DNA of 64,000 nt from Candidatus Alistipes avistercoris. Lineage in GTDB: Bacteria; Bacteroidota; Bacteroidia; Bacteroidales; Rikenellaceae. The stretch is taken from NCBI GenBank assembly GCA_019115075.1, contig DXEE01000037.1, positions 5,097 to 69,096 on the forward strand, read 5' to 3'. The notes beneath the pieces are model-generated. The model had not been told where the DNA came from and did no database searches. It saw nothing but the letters and a program-made list of their open reading frames with translations. Positions within the stretch are counted from its first letter, which is position 1. Each line of letters starts with the position of its first letter. A program made the position numbers and the translations under genes. This document shows, piece after piece, positions 34,856-43,022 of this stretch.

Positions 34856-35916
34856 GGGCGCGGACCTTGAATCGTTCGTTGCGGGAAACGGATCATCCTT
34901 TTCGCCCTTTTCAGCAGCCAGTGCCGCAACCGGGCCAGCCGCAATCGGCTCCGAAGTATCCGAATCCCCCAGGTTGCCGGCAGAAGGCAGATCGGAGCCC
35001 ATGCAAAGGTCGTGTTTCCGGACAATCTTTTTGCGGTTTCTCTTCTTCTTTCTTCCATGTCATACTCTTTCAGAATCCGTTTGCGATGAACATAATATTC
35101 ATCCAGTGACAGATAGCTGAGTGAGAGGTAAAACAGGAAGAGGCTCTTGCCTGCAAGGAATCTTTTCAGCCGGGGTTCTTCGACAGTTTCCGACAAGGAC
35201 CCGATCCGACTGCCTATGGCCAGCATGTCTCCGATGCGCCGGGGGGCAAAACGGTTCGATGCACTCTCCGCATGGACGGTATAGGCATAGAACTGCTCGT
35301 CGGACAGGTACATGCAGCGGTATTCATTCACCAACAGCCGGGACAGAAATTCCATGTCTTCCAGAAATATCCTCCCTGTTTCAAACCTCAACGTCCCGAT
35401 TGCCGATCTTTTGAACAGAATGAGCCACAGGAAGAACTCTCCGTGGATGGCGTATTCCAAAAATTCATAGGAACCGATAATCCGATCGGTATATGGTTTG
35501 CTCCTGTTGGATACACGAACCCGGTAAAGTGGACGGTTCGACCCGTCCACTGCCAGGTATTCGCCCCGGAGCATGTCGAGCCCATTGTTTTTTGCAATTC
35601 CGTACAGCCGTTCCAGAGCCTTGTCCGTTACCCAATAGTCGTCGGCGTCCGCAAAAATCACATATTCGCCCGTCGCCTGATCCAGGCCGAGGTTGCGGGC
35701 CGAACTGACCCCTCCGTTCTCCTGGTGCAATACCTTTATCCGGTTGTCCCGGACGGCATATTCGTCGCAGATCGCCCCCGAGCGGTCCGTGCTTCCGTCA
35801 TCGACCAACAACAGTTCGATGTCGGTGAAGCTTTGTGACAGGATGCTCTTAAGACACCGTTCGAGATAGGACTCCGTATTGTAGACCGGGATGATGACCG
35901 AGATTGCGGGTTTCAT
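34852..35916 (-). CDS. glycosyltransferase family 2
   Basis: ISVIIPVYNTESYLERCLKSILSQS...LVDDGSTD...FADADD motifs. Confidence 0.85.
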   Translation of the reverse strand: MKPAISVIIPVYNTESYLERCLKSILSQSFTDIELLLVDDGSTDRSGAICDEYAVRDNRIKVLHQENGGVSSARNLGLDQATGEYVIFADADDYWVTDKALERLYGIAKNNGLDMLRGEYLAVDGSNRPLYRVRVSNRSKPYTDRIIGSYEFLEYAIHGEFFLWLILFKRSAIGTLRFETGRIFLEDMEFLSRLLVNEYRCMYLSDEQFYAYTVHAESASNRFAPRRIGDMLAIGSRIGSLSETVEEPRLKRFLAGKSLFLFYLSLSYLSLDEYYVHRKRILKEYDMEERRRETAKRLSGNTTFAWAPICLLPATWGIRILRSRLRLARLRHWLLKRAKRMIRFPQRTIQGPRP

Positions 35917-35921
35917 GGCGG

Positions 35922-37019
35922 TTACGGCACCAGAGCCTGTTTTAAAAACGCGAGCGATTCCTCCCTGCAGGCCTGCAACCGGTCATTTACCGGGCCGTAA
36001 TCGATCGGGGATACTCCGTCAGGATCGCTATCCGCCGGAACCATCCTCTCCTCCAGCCCCGCTCTTTCCAACAAGGATCGAATCCGGTTGTCCCGTCTGC
36101 CGCCTGTGCAGGGTACCGCAAACTGCTTTTCGAACAACAGTGAGAAGGCAGTCCCGTGGAAGGAGGATGTCACGACCCATGAGGCGCCCTTGATGTATCC
36201 CAGAAAAACCCCGACGGACAATGTCTGTTTCAGGTGTCTGTTCAGGACCGAGTCGCCCGACGATACGACCTCCACAAGTTTCAGACTCCTTGCTTTCGCC
36301 ATGCGTTCCGCATAGCGAACCATCGCCTCGTCCCGTCCCAGTTGAAAGAGCAGCAGATACGGTCTCGTCTCACCTGCCGATCGGATCAGGGGGGCAAAAA
36401 CCGGTTTTCCGGCCAATAATACCGGGTCCAGGACAGTGGCTGCCTTTGTGCCGAAACTCTCCCTGAAGAGCTCCTGCAGGGACTGTTCGCGGCAGCCGAC
36501 GGCATGGAACCGGCGCGCTATGCCCTCCAATGCAGTGCGGTCCTGCTCCTCCAGGTAGGAATTGTCTCCGACGCTTGCCGCATAGGCGATCAGTTTCCTG
36601 CCTGCCGCCTCCCGAAAATCACCGGCATAGACCGGGTCGATGCCGTGGGTGATGCGGGGATTCCATATCTGATCGCTGCCGAAAACGAATGCATCCCAAT
36701 CCGTCCCTGCCGGGCCGTTGCTCTTCTGCAATGGGCGCAGACGCAGCCTGTTCAGTATGAATTTAGAGAACTGCCTGTTCCTTTTCCACCGAATCGGTGC
36801 AACGAGACAGGCTCGGATGCAGCTCTTCAGGTATCCCGCCACGGATCGGCCTTTGGGCTCATATTTGAAGGCCTTGTAGGGCATCGTCAGATATTTCGGA
36901 CGATAATCCACCACGTATGCCTCGTGCCCCATGCGACGCAGCACCTCCTGCAGTGCATGGGCCTGCAGTACGGCGCCGAAGTTTGCTGCACAGTGGAAGG
37001 TGAGAATACCGATTTTCAT
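35922..37019 (-). CDS. polysaccharide pyruvyl transferase family protein
   Basis: Trimmed to MKIGILTFHCAANFGAVLQAHALQ, whose ATG overlaps the upstream stop. Also has GSDQIWNP and a C-terminal SSFHGTAFS motif typical of PS_pyruv_trans. Confidence 0.8.
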   Translation of the reverse strand: MKIGILTFHCAANFGAVLQAHALQEVLRRMGHEAYVVDYRPKYLTMPYKAFKYEPKGRSVAGYLKSCIRACLVAPIRWKRNRQFSKFILNRLRLRPLQKSNGPAGTDWDAFVFGSDQIWNPRITHGIDPVYAGDFREAAGRKLIAYAASVGDNSYLEEQDRTALEGIARRFHAVGCREQSLQELFRESFGTKAATVLDPVLLAGKPVFAPLIRSAGETRPYLLLFQLGRDEAMVRYAERMAKARSLKLVEVVSSGDSVLNRHLKQTLSVGVFLGYIKGASWVVTSSFHGTAFSLLFEKQFAVPCTGGRRDNRIRSLLERAGLEERMVPADSDPDGVSPIDYGPVNDRLQACREESLAFLKQALVP

Positions 37020-38170
37020 CGTTCGTAAAGATGGCGTTTCACGCTTTGCAGCAGCCTGCGGATTTTGGCGCGGAAGGCCAGGTCGCCGTATTTTTTGCCT
37101 GCGTATGGAAAACCGTACCGGATGAAATCCGCTTCGAACTGATGCCGCAGCGGATGAATGGGTGTCGGGTGCTGCAGGTTCGGCTGCATGGCCGATTCCA
37201 GGGTTGTCGGTATATAGTCCGTTTCGGTCCTGATCCGGCTGAAGAGCCGTTTGCCTTTTTCCGTATTGATCAGGAGCAGGGAGACACCCCGGTTGTCCGC
37301 ATTGAATCCGGCATCGACCTTTTCCCAACCCCAAAAGTCCCCGATCGTCAGGTCGGACGGGCGTTGCTGACAGGCGAACGGACAGACCCCGCAGGAGAGC
37401 CGGAACATGATGGCCTTGTTGAACAGATCCGTATATGTCCTTCGGATTGCTTTTCCTTTCGGAAAGAGGATCGACTCTTCGTGTGCCGACCAGCCGAGGC
37501 GTGATTTGTCCCGGAAATCGACTGCCAAAGCCTGTTCTCCCTGCCTGTGTTCGACGTAGGCCAGGTAGTCGCGCCATACGTAGGGCGCCGGGACGCCGTG
37601 GCAGACCAGATCGACCAGCCACAATTTCTCGGTCGGAGCATGTTGCAGATCCAAGACGGACCGAAGACCGGCCGTTTGGCACGGTGTGCCGGAGAACAAT
37701 ACGTGCCGACCCTGTTCCAGATCCGCCCTTACCTGGGCGAAAACATTTCCCGGGTCGCTCTGGACGTATTTGCTGCCTTTGAATTCATCCCGTTCTTTCG
37801 GGGTTGCTGCCCGTTTGTGCACCACACGGAAATGATCGGCATAACCTGCTCCGTATACGGTTCCTCCCTGGGCCAGTATCCAATCCGACAATGCGATAAA
37901 AACGGCCCCGCTCCGGCTGGTTACCATCTCCTCTCTTCGTTTGTGCCGAACGGCATACACCTCCGGGAGTGTTGCGGCATCCCTGCTGGGGGTGTCCGTC
38001 CGGAAGGGACATGCCTGTTCGCACAGCCCGCATCCGATGCAGCGGTCGGTATCCACCTGGGGATAAAGAAACCCCAATCCGTCCGGGTGCATCGAAATGG
38101 CACTTCGCGGACAAACGTGCATGCATGCCGAGCATCCGCTGCATTGGGCCTTATCTTCGATTCTGATCAT
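37016..38170 (-). CDS. F420H2-dehydrogenase/FrhB-like 4Fe-4S protein (partner of the pyruvyl transferase)
   Basis: Two ferredoxin-type cysteine clusters (CSGCSACMHVCP, CIGCGLCEQACP) followed by FrhB_FdhB-like sequence. Confidence 0.75.
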   Translation of the reverse strand: MIRIEDKAQCSGCSACMHVCPRSAISMHPDGLGFLYPQVDTDRCIGCGLCEQACPFRTDTPSRDAATLPEVYAVRHKRREEMVTSRSGAVFIALSDWILAQGGTVYGAGYADHFRVVHKRAATPKERDEFKGSKYVQSDPGNVFAQVRADLEQGRHVLFSGTPCQTAGLRSVLDLQHAPTEKLWLVDLVCHGVPAPYVWRDYLAYVEHRQGEQALAVDFRDKSRLGWSAHEESILFPKGKAIRRTYTDLFNKAIMFRLSCGVCPFACQQRPSDLTIGDFWGWEKVDAGFNADNRGVSLLLINTEKGKRLFSRIRTETDYIPTTLESAMQPNLQHPTPIHPLRHQFEADFIRYGFPYAGKKYGDLAFRAKIRRLLQSVKRHLYER

Positions 38171-39710
38171 GTCGGAAACACTTGTGCCACAGCACTACGG
38201 CTTTCGATTTCAGGAACAGTCGCTCTCGCGGGGTACAGCCCGTATAATAGATCGCCAGCGACGAGCAGACCGCGGCCGCAAAGCAAACGCAGAGGAAACG
38301 CAGCGTCCCGTCGGGCATGCGCACACGCAGCAAAACCGGAATAGCCGCTGCTGCCGAAGTCACGAGCAGCACGTTGAGACAGACTCTGCGCAGGTAGCGC
38401 AAGACCGGCAATCCCGTCATGGAGCGCAGGAAGACCAGGCGCAGGAGCAGGCAGCATATGGAGATTCCCCATGCGACGATCAGTGTGGATTCCGGTTGGA
38501 AACCGAGTTTCAGGAACAGATACGACAACGGAAAGTTCATCAGCATCATGCCGCCCACGGCCAACTGGTAATTCCGAATGCGGCCCGTGGCCGACTGCAG
38601 GTTGATCAGCGTGTTGGAGAGTATGTCGCAGAGGGTCACCAGCAATATCAGGCGGACGAAACCGGCCGTGTGTGCCGGGTAGCTCTGCAGCCAGACTTTC
38701 AGTACGAACTCCGTTTCGAGCAGTACCGGCAGCGCCGGTATCAGCAGGATGTAGTACGAGAACCTCGATCCCCACTCCACCAGCGAGAACGTATATTCCC
38801 GGTCTCCTGCGGCGTATGATTTCGTGATCTGCGGGTTGAGGGCGACCATGAAATTGTTCGAGAACGATGCCAGCACGTTGTTCACCGTGGTCGCGATTCC
38901 GCGGGCGGCGTTGATGGCCGGGCCGATGAACAGGTTAAGCAGGATATTGACTCCCTGATCCTTCAACAGCCCGGCCGTGCATCCGATGAAGTTCCAACCG
39001 GCAAACGAACTCATTGCCCTCCAGTAGCGGGAATCGAAGTGCGGACCGATCCGGCATTCGGAGAAGTTTCTCCGGCAATATCTCCAGTAGAGCAACTGGA
39101 TCAGACAACCTTCGCTGCACAGGAGCAATGCATAGGCGATCAGTCGGTCGAAGGACCATCCTGTCCAAGCGACGAACAGAACCGAAAACAGCCTGAGAAT
39201 GATGTCCAGAATGCCGATACCGGCAAATGCTGACATCCGCTCGTGTGAGATGATGGAGGCGATGAACGGGACACTCCACAGATTGAATACGAAAGTCAAT
39301 ATGGAGGCCTGGAGCACCCAGTTGGCGGCCTCGATCCGGGCGGGAGGGATGGTCATGCGGGTATTCAGAAACCAGACCCCGACGGTTTCGGCCAGCAGGA
39401 CGATGACCCCGGAGAGAACCAGATGGATGCTCAGCGAGGTCGAGAAGATCCGTCGGAGCCCCTCTTCGTTCCCCTTGCCCAACTCGAAGGTCAGGAAACG
39501 GCTGACCGACGAGGACAGCGAGGCGGAAACCATTGAGAACATGGCCACCATGCCGCCGACAACGTTGTATATGCCGTAGTCCTCCACCCCCAGCGCCCGC
39601 AGGACCACACGCGATGTGTACAGCGAGACCAGCATGCCGAACAGCATGCGGACATACAGCATCAGGGTGTTTTTGGCAATACGCCGCGTATTCTCCGCTT
39701 GTGCCGTCAT
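38151..39710 (-). CDS. wzx: oligosaccharide flippase (Wzx / PST family)
   Basis: 519-aa polytopic protein. The N-terminus (RRIAKNTLMLYVRMLFGMLVSLYTSRVVLRALGVEDYGIYNVVGG) is typical of polysaccharide transporters. Confidence 0.85.
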   Translation of the reverse strand: MTAQAENTRRIAKNTLMLYVRMLFGMLVSLYTSRVVLRALGVEDYGIYNVVGGMVAMFSMVSASLSSSVSRFLTFELGKGNEEGLRRIFSTSLSIHLVLSGVIVLLAETVGVWFLNTRMTIPPARIEAANWVLQASILTFVFNLWSVPFIASIISHERMSAFAGIGILDIILRLFSVLFVAWTGWSFDRLIAYALLLCSEGCLIQLLYWRYCRRNFSECRIGPHFDSRYWRAMSSFAGWNFIGCTAGLLKDQGVNILLNLFIGPAINAARGIATTVNNVLASFSNNFMVALNPQITKSYAAGDREYTFSLVEWGSRFSYYILLIPALPVLLETEFVLKVWLQSYPAHTAGFVRLILLVTLCDILSNTLINLQSATGRIRNYQLAVGGMMLMNFPLSYLFLKLGFQPESTLIVAWGISICCLLLRLVFLRSMTGLPVLRYLRRVCLNVLLVTSAAAAIPVLLRVRMPDGTLRFLCVCFAAAVCSSLAIYYTGCTPRERLFLKSKAVVLWHKCFRHDQNRR

Positions 39711-40138
39711 CTGCCGAATATCCGTTTCCAGAATGGCGATTTCCGCTGCTCGTATCTCTCCCCTATTTCGTACAAATAGTTTTCATAGCTCCACCGGTTG
39801 TGCACCATTTCGTATATGGCGCCCCAGTCGGGAAGCCCTCCCATGTTGCAGTCGTCTATATATAGGTCGGCCCTTAGTTTGCGGCAGGGGCATGTCTGTT
39901 CCTTGCGGATCCGTTCGTCGGGATGGTTGGCATTGACGGCATAGAACTCCAACCCTCGTTCACGGCAGAACGCCACCGCCTCCTCGAGCAGTCCCCCCTC
40001 GCGGACGGTCCACAGGATCAAAAGATGGTGTTCCTCCTGCAGCCTCTTCAGGGTGTCGATGGCAAAAGGAACCTCTTTCCCGATTCGGGGGTATCTGTGT
40101 TGGACGATCGTTCCGTCGAAATCCACAGCAATAACCAT
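39707..40138 (-). CDS. small HAD-superfamily-like hydrolase (BT0820-like)
   Basis: MVIAVDFDGTIV (DxDxT nucleophile motif), 143 aa. Sits in the position downstream of upxY. Confidence 0.6.
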   Translation of the reverse strand: MVIAVDFDGTIVQHRYPRIGKEVPFAIDTLKRLQEEHHLLILWTVREGGLLEEAVAFCRERGLEFYAVNANHPDERIRKEQTCPCRKLRADLYIDDCNMGGLPDWGAIYEMVHNRWSYENYLYEIGERYEQRKSPFWKRIFGR

Positions 40139-40163
40139 ATCTCCTTGTCGTTTGGTCGGGACG

Positions 40164-40733
40164 CTATTTTTTCAGCAGTTCGATGAATTCGGCCTGTACC
40201 TCGACCGAGACGATCAGCAGATTGGGCAACTCGACGAACAGCCGTCTGGTTCGTGCGCCCTGCATTTTCTGCAACCGGCCCTCCAGTCCGTTGAACGGTC
40301 CGCCGATGATGCGTACACTTCGTCCTACCATGTCTGGCGTAATCTCCCTTGGGGTGTAATAACATGGATTTTCCGAGGATGCAACGGCCTGCATGAACCT
40401 GTTCATGTCCGTATCGTCCACCGTCATCGGCGAACGGTGGCCGTCTCTGAGGAAACGGTATTGCAAGGTCCCGATCCTTTCCACGATCGGGTCCAGAATT
40501 CGGCGTCGCTCATGTACGAAAAGCAGATCCTGCATGAAAGGCACCCTTTGGGGGATCCGCTTACCCTGACGTACGACCAGTTTCCATACCATCGGAGTGA
40601 AGATTTCGATCTTCATGTCGCCGAGGAGTTTGTACGCGGGCAGTTTGGCGTTGCATCTTTTGAGATCGCGCATGACATACCATTGGCGCTGGTCCGCAAT
40701 CTCGGCGCCAGGTACTACCTTTCCCGTTTCCAT
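40164..40733 (-). CDS. upxY: UpxY-family (NusG-like) transcription antiterminator
   Basis: RQWYVMRDLK NGN-type start and a C-terminal KOW-like region (GRSVRIIGGPFNGLEGRLQKM). It is the first gene of the polysaccharide operon, as in Bacteroides capsule loci. Confidence 0.85.
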   Translation of the reverse strand: METGKVVPGAEIADQRQWYVMRDLKRCNAKLPAYKLLGDMKIEIFTPMVWKLVVRQGKRIPQRVPFMQDLLFVHERRRILDPIVERIGTLQYRFLRDGHRSPMTVDDTDMNRFMQAVASSENPCYYTPREITPDMVGRSVRIIGGPFNGLEGRLQKMQGARTRRLFVELPNLLIVSVEVQAEFIELLKK

Positions 40734-40930
40734 ATCGTCCTGAACAGGGGCTGTAAATTCCCACCGGTTCGACAGAAGACAATCCCTCTACTCCTGCATG
40801 TGATGTTAATTTACTGTATCACATGCAATTACACTCGACACGTCCAGAACTTCAACCGGTCTATCAAACACCCCGCGCATGTTGTTCGGCCACCCATATG
40901 GGGGCCTTTTTCCGTAGAACGGGGTTGATT

Positions 40931-40947
40931 GTCTCCTAAAAGGAGAC
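40931..40947. repeat. inverted-repeat arm L (GTCTCCTAAAAGGAGAC)
   Basis: The reverse complement of 41082-41098 matches 16/17. The arm is itself a 7-bp palindrome with an AAA centre. Confidence 0.7.
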
Positions 40948-41081
40948 GATCTTTTTTGTTAATGTCTAATTAATAAACAGTTATGCTGTATTTTGTCATG
41001 CAGTCGGACTGTGATGGGATAAAAAAAAGAATTTATGTGGCATGAAACGAATTTATTTTATTATATTTACACCCAAAATAT

Positions 41082-41098
41082 GTCTCCTTTTAGGAGAT
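41082..41098. repeat. inverted-repeat arm R (GTCTCCTTTTAGGAGAT)
   Basis: Inverted copy of 40931-40947. It lies about 40 nt downstream of the recombinase stop and may double as its weak terminator. Confidence 0.7.
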
Positions 41099-41137
41099 GG
41101 GGCTATGTTGTTAAAATATTTCACAATTAAGGCTTTT

Positions 41138-42337
41138 TCATAAGCCTTCCAATATTTTCCTGTTGGCACGGTCTACCTCGAAGGATTTGATGGAGTCCAG
41201 ATAGATCTGTGTCGTTGCCTCCGAGTCGTGACCGAGCCCTTCGCTGATGATGGAGAGGGGGATCTCTTTCTTTCGTGCAATGGTGGCCCAACTGTGCCGG
41301 CTGTAATAAAGAGACAGGGGGACCGACAATTCTGCCAATACCGCGATGTCTTTCAGCCGCCTGTTGATTCTCATCATCTGATTCTGGTATTGCCGGCGTT
41401 CGCTTCCGTCTTCGCGGATGATAATCGGCAGAAGATATTGTGTCGGGTTGTGTCGGTATTTTTCAAGGATCTCCTGCATCTGCATGGTCCATTCGACTGT
41501 AAGCTGTTGTCCTGTTTTTTTTCGGCGATAAGTCAGATATCCGTTTTTCAGATCTTTTTTTTTGAGGTAGGCCATGTCGATGAATGACATGCCGCGTGTG
41601 CAGAAACTGAAGATGAACATGTCCCGGGCGAAATCCAAAGCCGGCGTCCGGGATAGTTCCAGTTCCTTTATCCTTTTGATCTCTTCGAATGTGAGGCTTC
41701 TTTTGGCCGTCTTGTCCATTCCGCAGTATACGTGCCTGAAGGGACGACGATCCCGGGTGAGCCCCTTTTCGACCGCCTGTCTGTAATTCGTGCGCAAGAT
41801 TCTCATGTAGAACGAGCTTGTATTCCGGGACAATCCGCGGCTGGCCATTTCGGCCTCGTATGATTCCATCAGTTCGGAATCGATCATGTCGAAGGTGAGA
41901 TCCATCCCCTTGCGGAAACGCATGAAACTGTTGAGCGTGGCCTGATAGGTCTCGCAGGAGCGTACCTTGCCCAACCGGTCCTTATGCCGGATCTGTGCAC
42001 GGATGAAATTGAATACACTGGGGGCTGTTGTTTGCAGGTCGCTTTTTTTTGTGCCGTTCACGCTTTTCTGGCGGTGTTCCACGGCTTTGTCCAGTTCATT
42101 GGCCAACCGTTTGAGCCGTTGCAGTTCCTGTTCCACATTCAAACGGATGCTGGCCAACTGTTCATGGCGGAGGTTGTAGCCCAGGACAGTCCCGATTCGG
42201 TCTTGATCGGCCGGGCAAGCCCCATACGGGCAATCGTGTCCATCCCGTATTTTGCCGGTTATCTGCTCATGAATCAACTGATACATCACCGGTTCGGTTT
42301 TGTCGGGGGCCGTCGATGGTCTGAACTTAGTTTTCAT
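41138..42337 (-). CDS. tyrosine-type site-specific recombinase/integrase (Bacteroidota Arm-DNA-bind + SAM-like + catalytic domains)
   Basis: C-terminal catalytic residues in context: YYSRHSWATIA...ISEGLGHDSEATTQIYL (R...HxxR...Y pattern). SAM-like N-terminal domain (SCETYQATLNSFMRF). Confidence 0.85.
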   Translation of the reverse strand: MKTKFRPSTAPDKTEPVMYQLIHEQITGKIRDGHDCPYGACPADQDRIGTVLGYNLRHEQLASIRLNVEQELQRLKRLANELDKAVEHRQKSVNGTKKSDLQTTAPSVFNFIRAQIRHKDRLGKVRSCETYQATLNSFMRFRKGMDLTFDMIDSELMESYEAEMASRGLSRNTSSFYMRILRTNYRQAVEKGLTRDRRPFRHVYCGMDKTAKRSLTFEEIKRIKELELSRTPALDFARDMFIFSFCTRGMSFIDMAYLKKKDLKNGYLTYRRKKTGQQLTVEWTMQMQEILEKYRHNPTQYLLPIIIREDGSERRQYQNQMMRINRRLKDIAVLAELSVPLSLYYSRHSWATIARKKEIPLSIISEGLGHDSEATTQIYLDSIKSFEVDRANRKILEGL

Positions 42338-42815
42338 GGGTGTGGTGCTTTTTTGTTATTTATCCGTTCTGTCGCCTGTCCACAGCCTGGCTTTTCCTGG
42401 CTTGAATCCCAGCGGTCGGGTGTGTTTCTTTCGTACGGGATATGTGCCGTCTCCGTGCATGACGGACATGTCGGGCCCGGGCAACTGCCTGTTTCGGCTT
42501 TTACGTCAGATATGGATCGGAAAACGATATAGATGTCAGAAGCCGAAAGTAAGATGATTTGATATCATCCGCAAACACCCGTTCATTCCACTCATCCCCC
42601 TCCTCCCCGTCACACACGGAGTTTCGCTTTGGCCTGGAATTGCCTTTGACCTGTTCCTGGTCAGACAACCGGTCAAAATTACGCAAAATTGGATTAAATT
42701 CCCGAATTGCCCCTCCCCTTTCGAAAGACATGCAGACTCCGTTCCCGGATTGTATGGAAGCCAGGGCTCGGGAGAGCCGGGCCGGAACCTGTGTGGGCGG
42801 ACGGATCCGGAGTTA

Positions 42816-42857
42816 CAAAAAAAGACACCTTATGTACGATCGATACACAAGGTGTCT
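42816..42857 (-). terminator. intrinsic terminator after tRNA-Gly
   Basis: AGACACCTT (42823-42831) / AAGGTGTCT (42849-42857). On the minus strand a T7 run follows. Confidence 0.6.
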
Positions 42858-42884
42858 TTCCCTGCCGGCTTTCCGGCTTTGTCG

Positions 42885-42957
42885 AGCGAAAAACGGGACT
42901 CGAACCCGCGACCCTCAGCTTGGGAAGCTGATGCTCTACCAACTGAGCTATTTTCGC
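42885..42957 (-). tRNA. tRNA-Gly (anticodon CCC)
   Basis: The minus strand reads GCGAAAATAGCTCAGTTGGTAGAGCATCAGCTTCCCAAGCTGAGGGTCGCGGGTTCGAGTCCCGTTTTTCGCT. A cloverleaf can be drawn by hand: anticodon stem TCAGC/GCTGA with loop TTCCCAA. CCA is not encoded. Confidence 0.9.
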
Positions 42958-43022
42958 AATTCGGAGTACAAAGTTACTCCGCTTTTTCGAATTCGCAAAT
43001 CTTGCGCCCGAAAAAATGCGGG

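Noticed and set aside
41138-42337. Prophage or conjugative element inferred from the integrase
   Set aside because: No phage structural, replication, mobilisation or conjugation genes occur in the window. The recombinase is better explained as a capsule-locus-associated or island recombinase.
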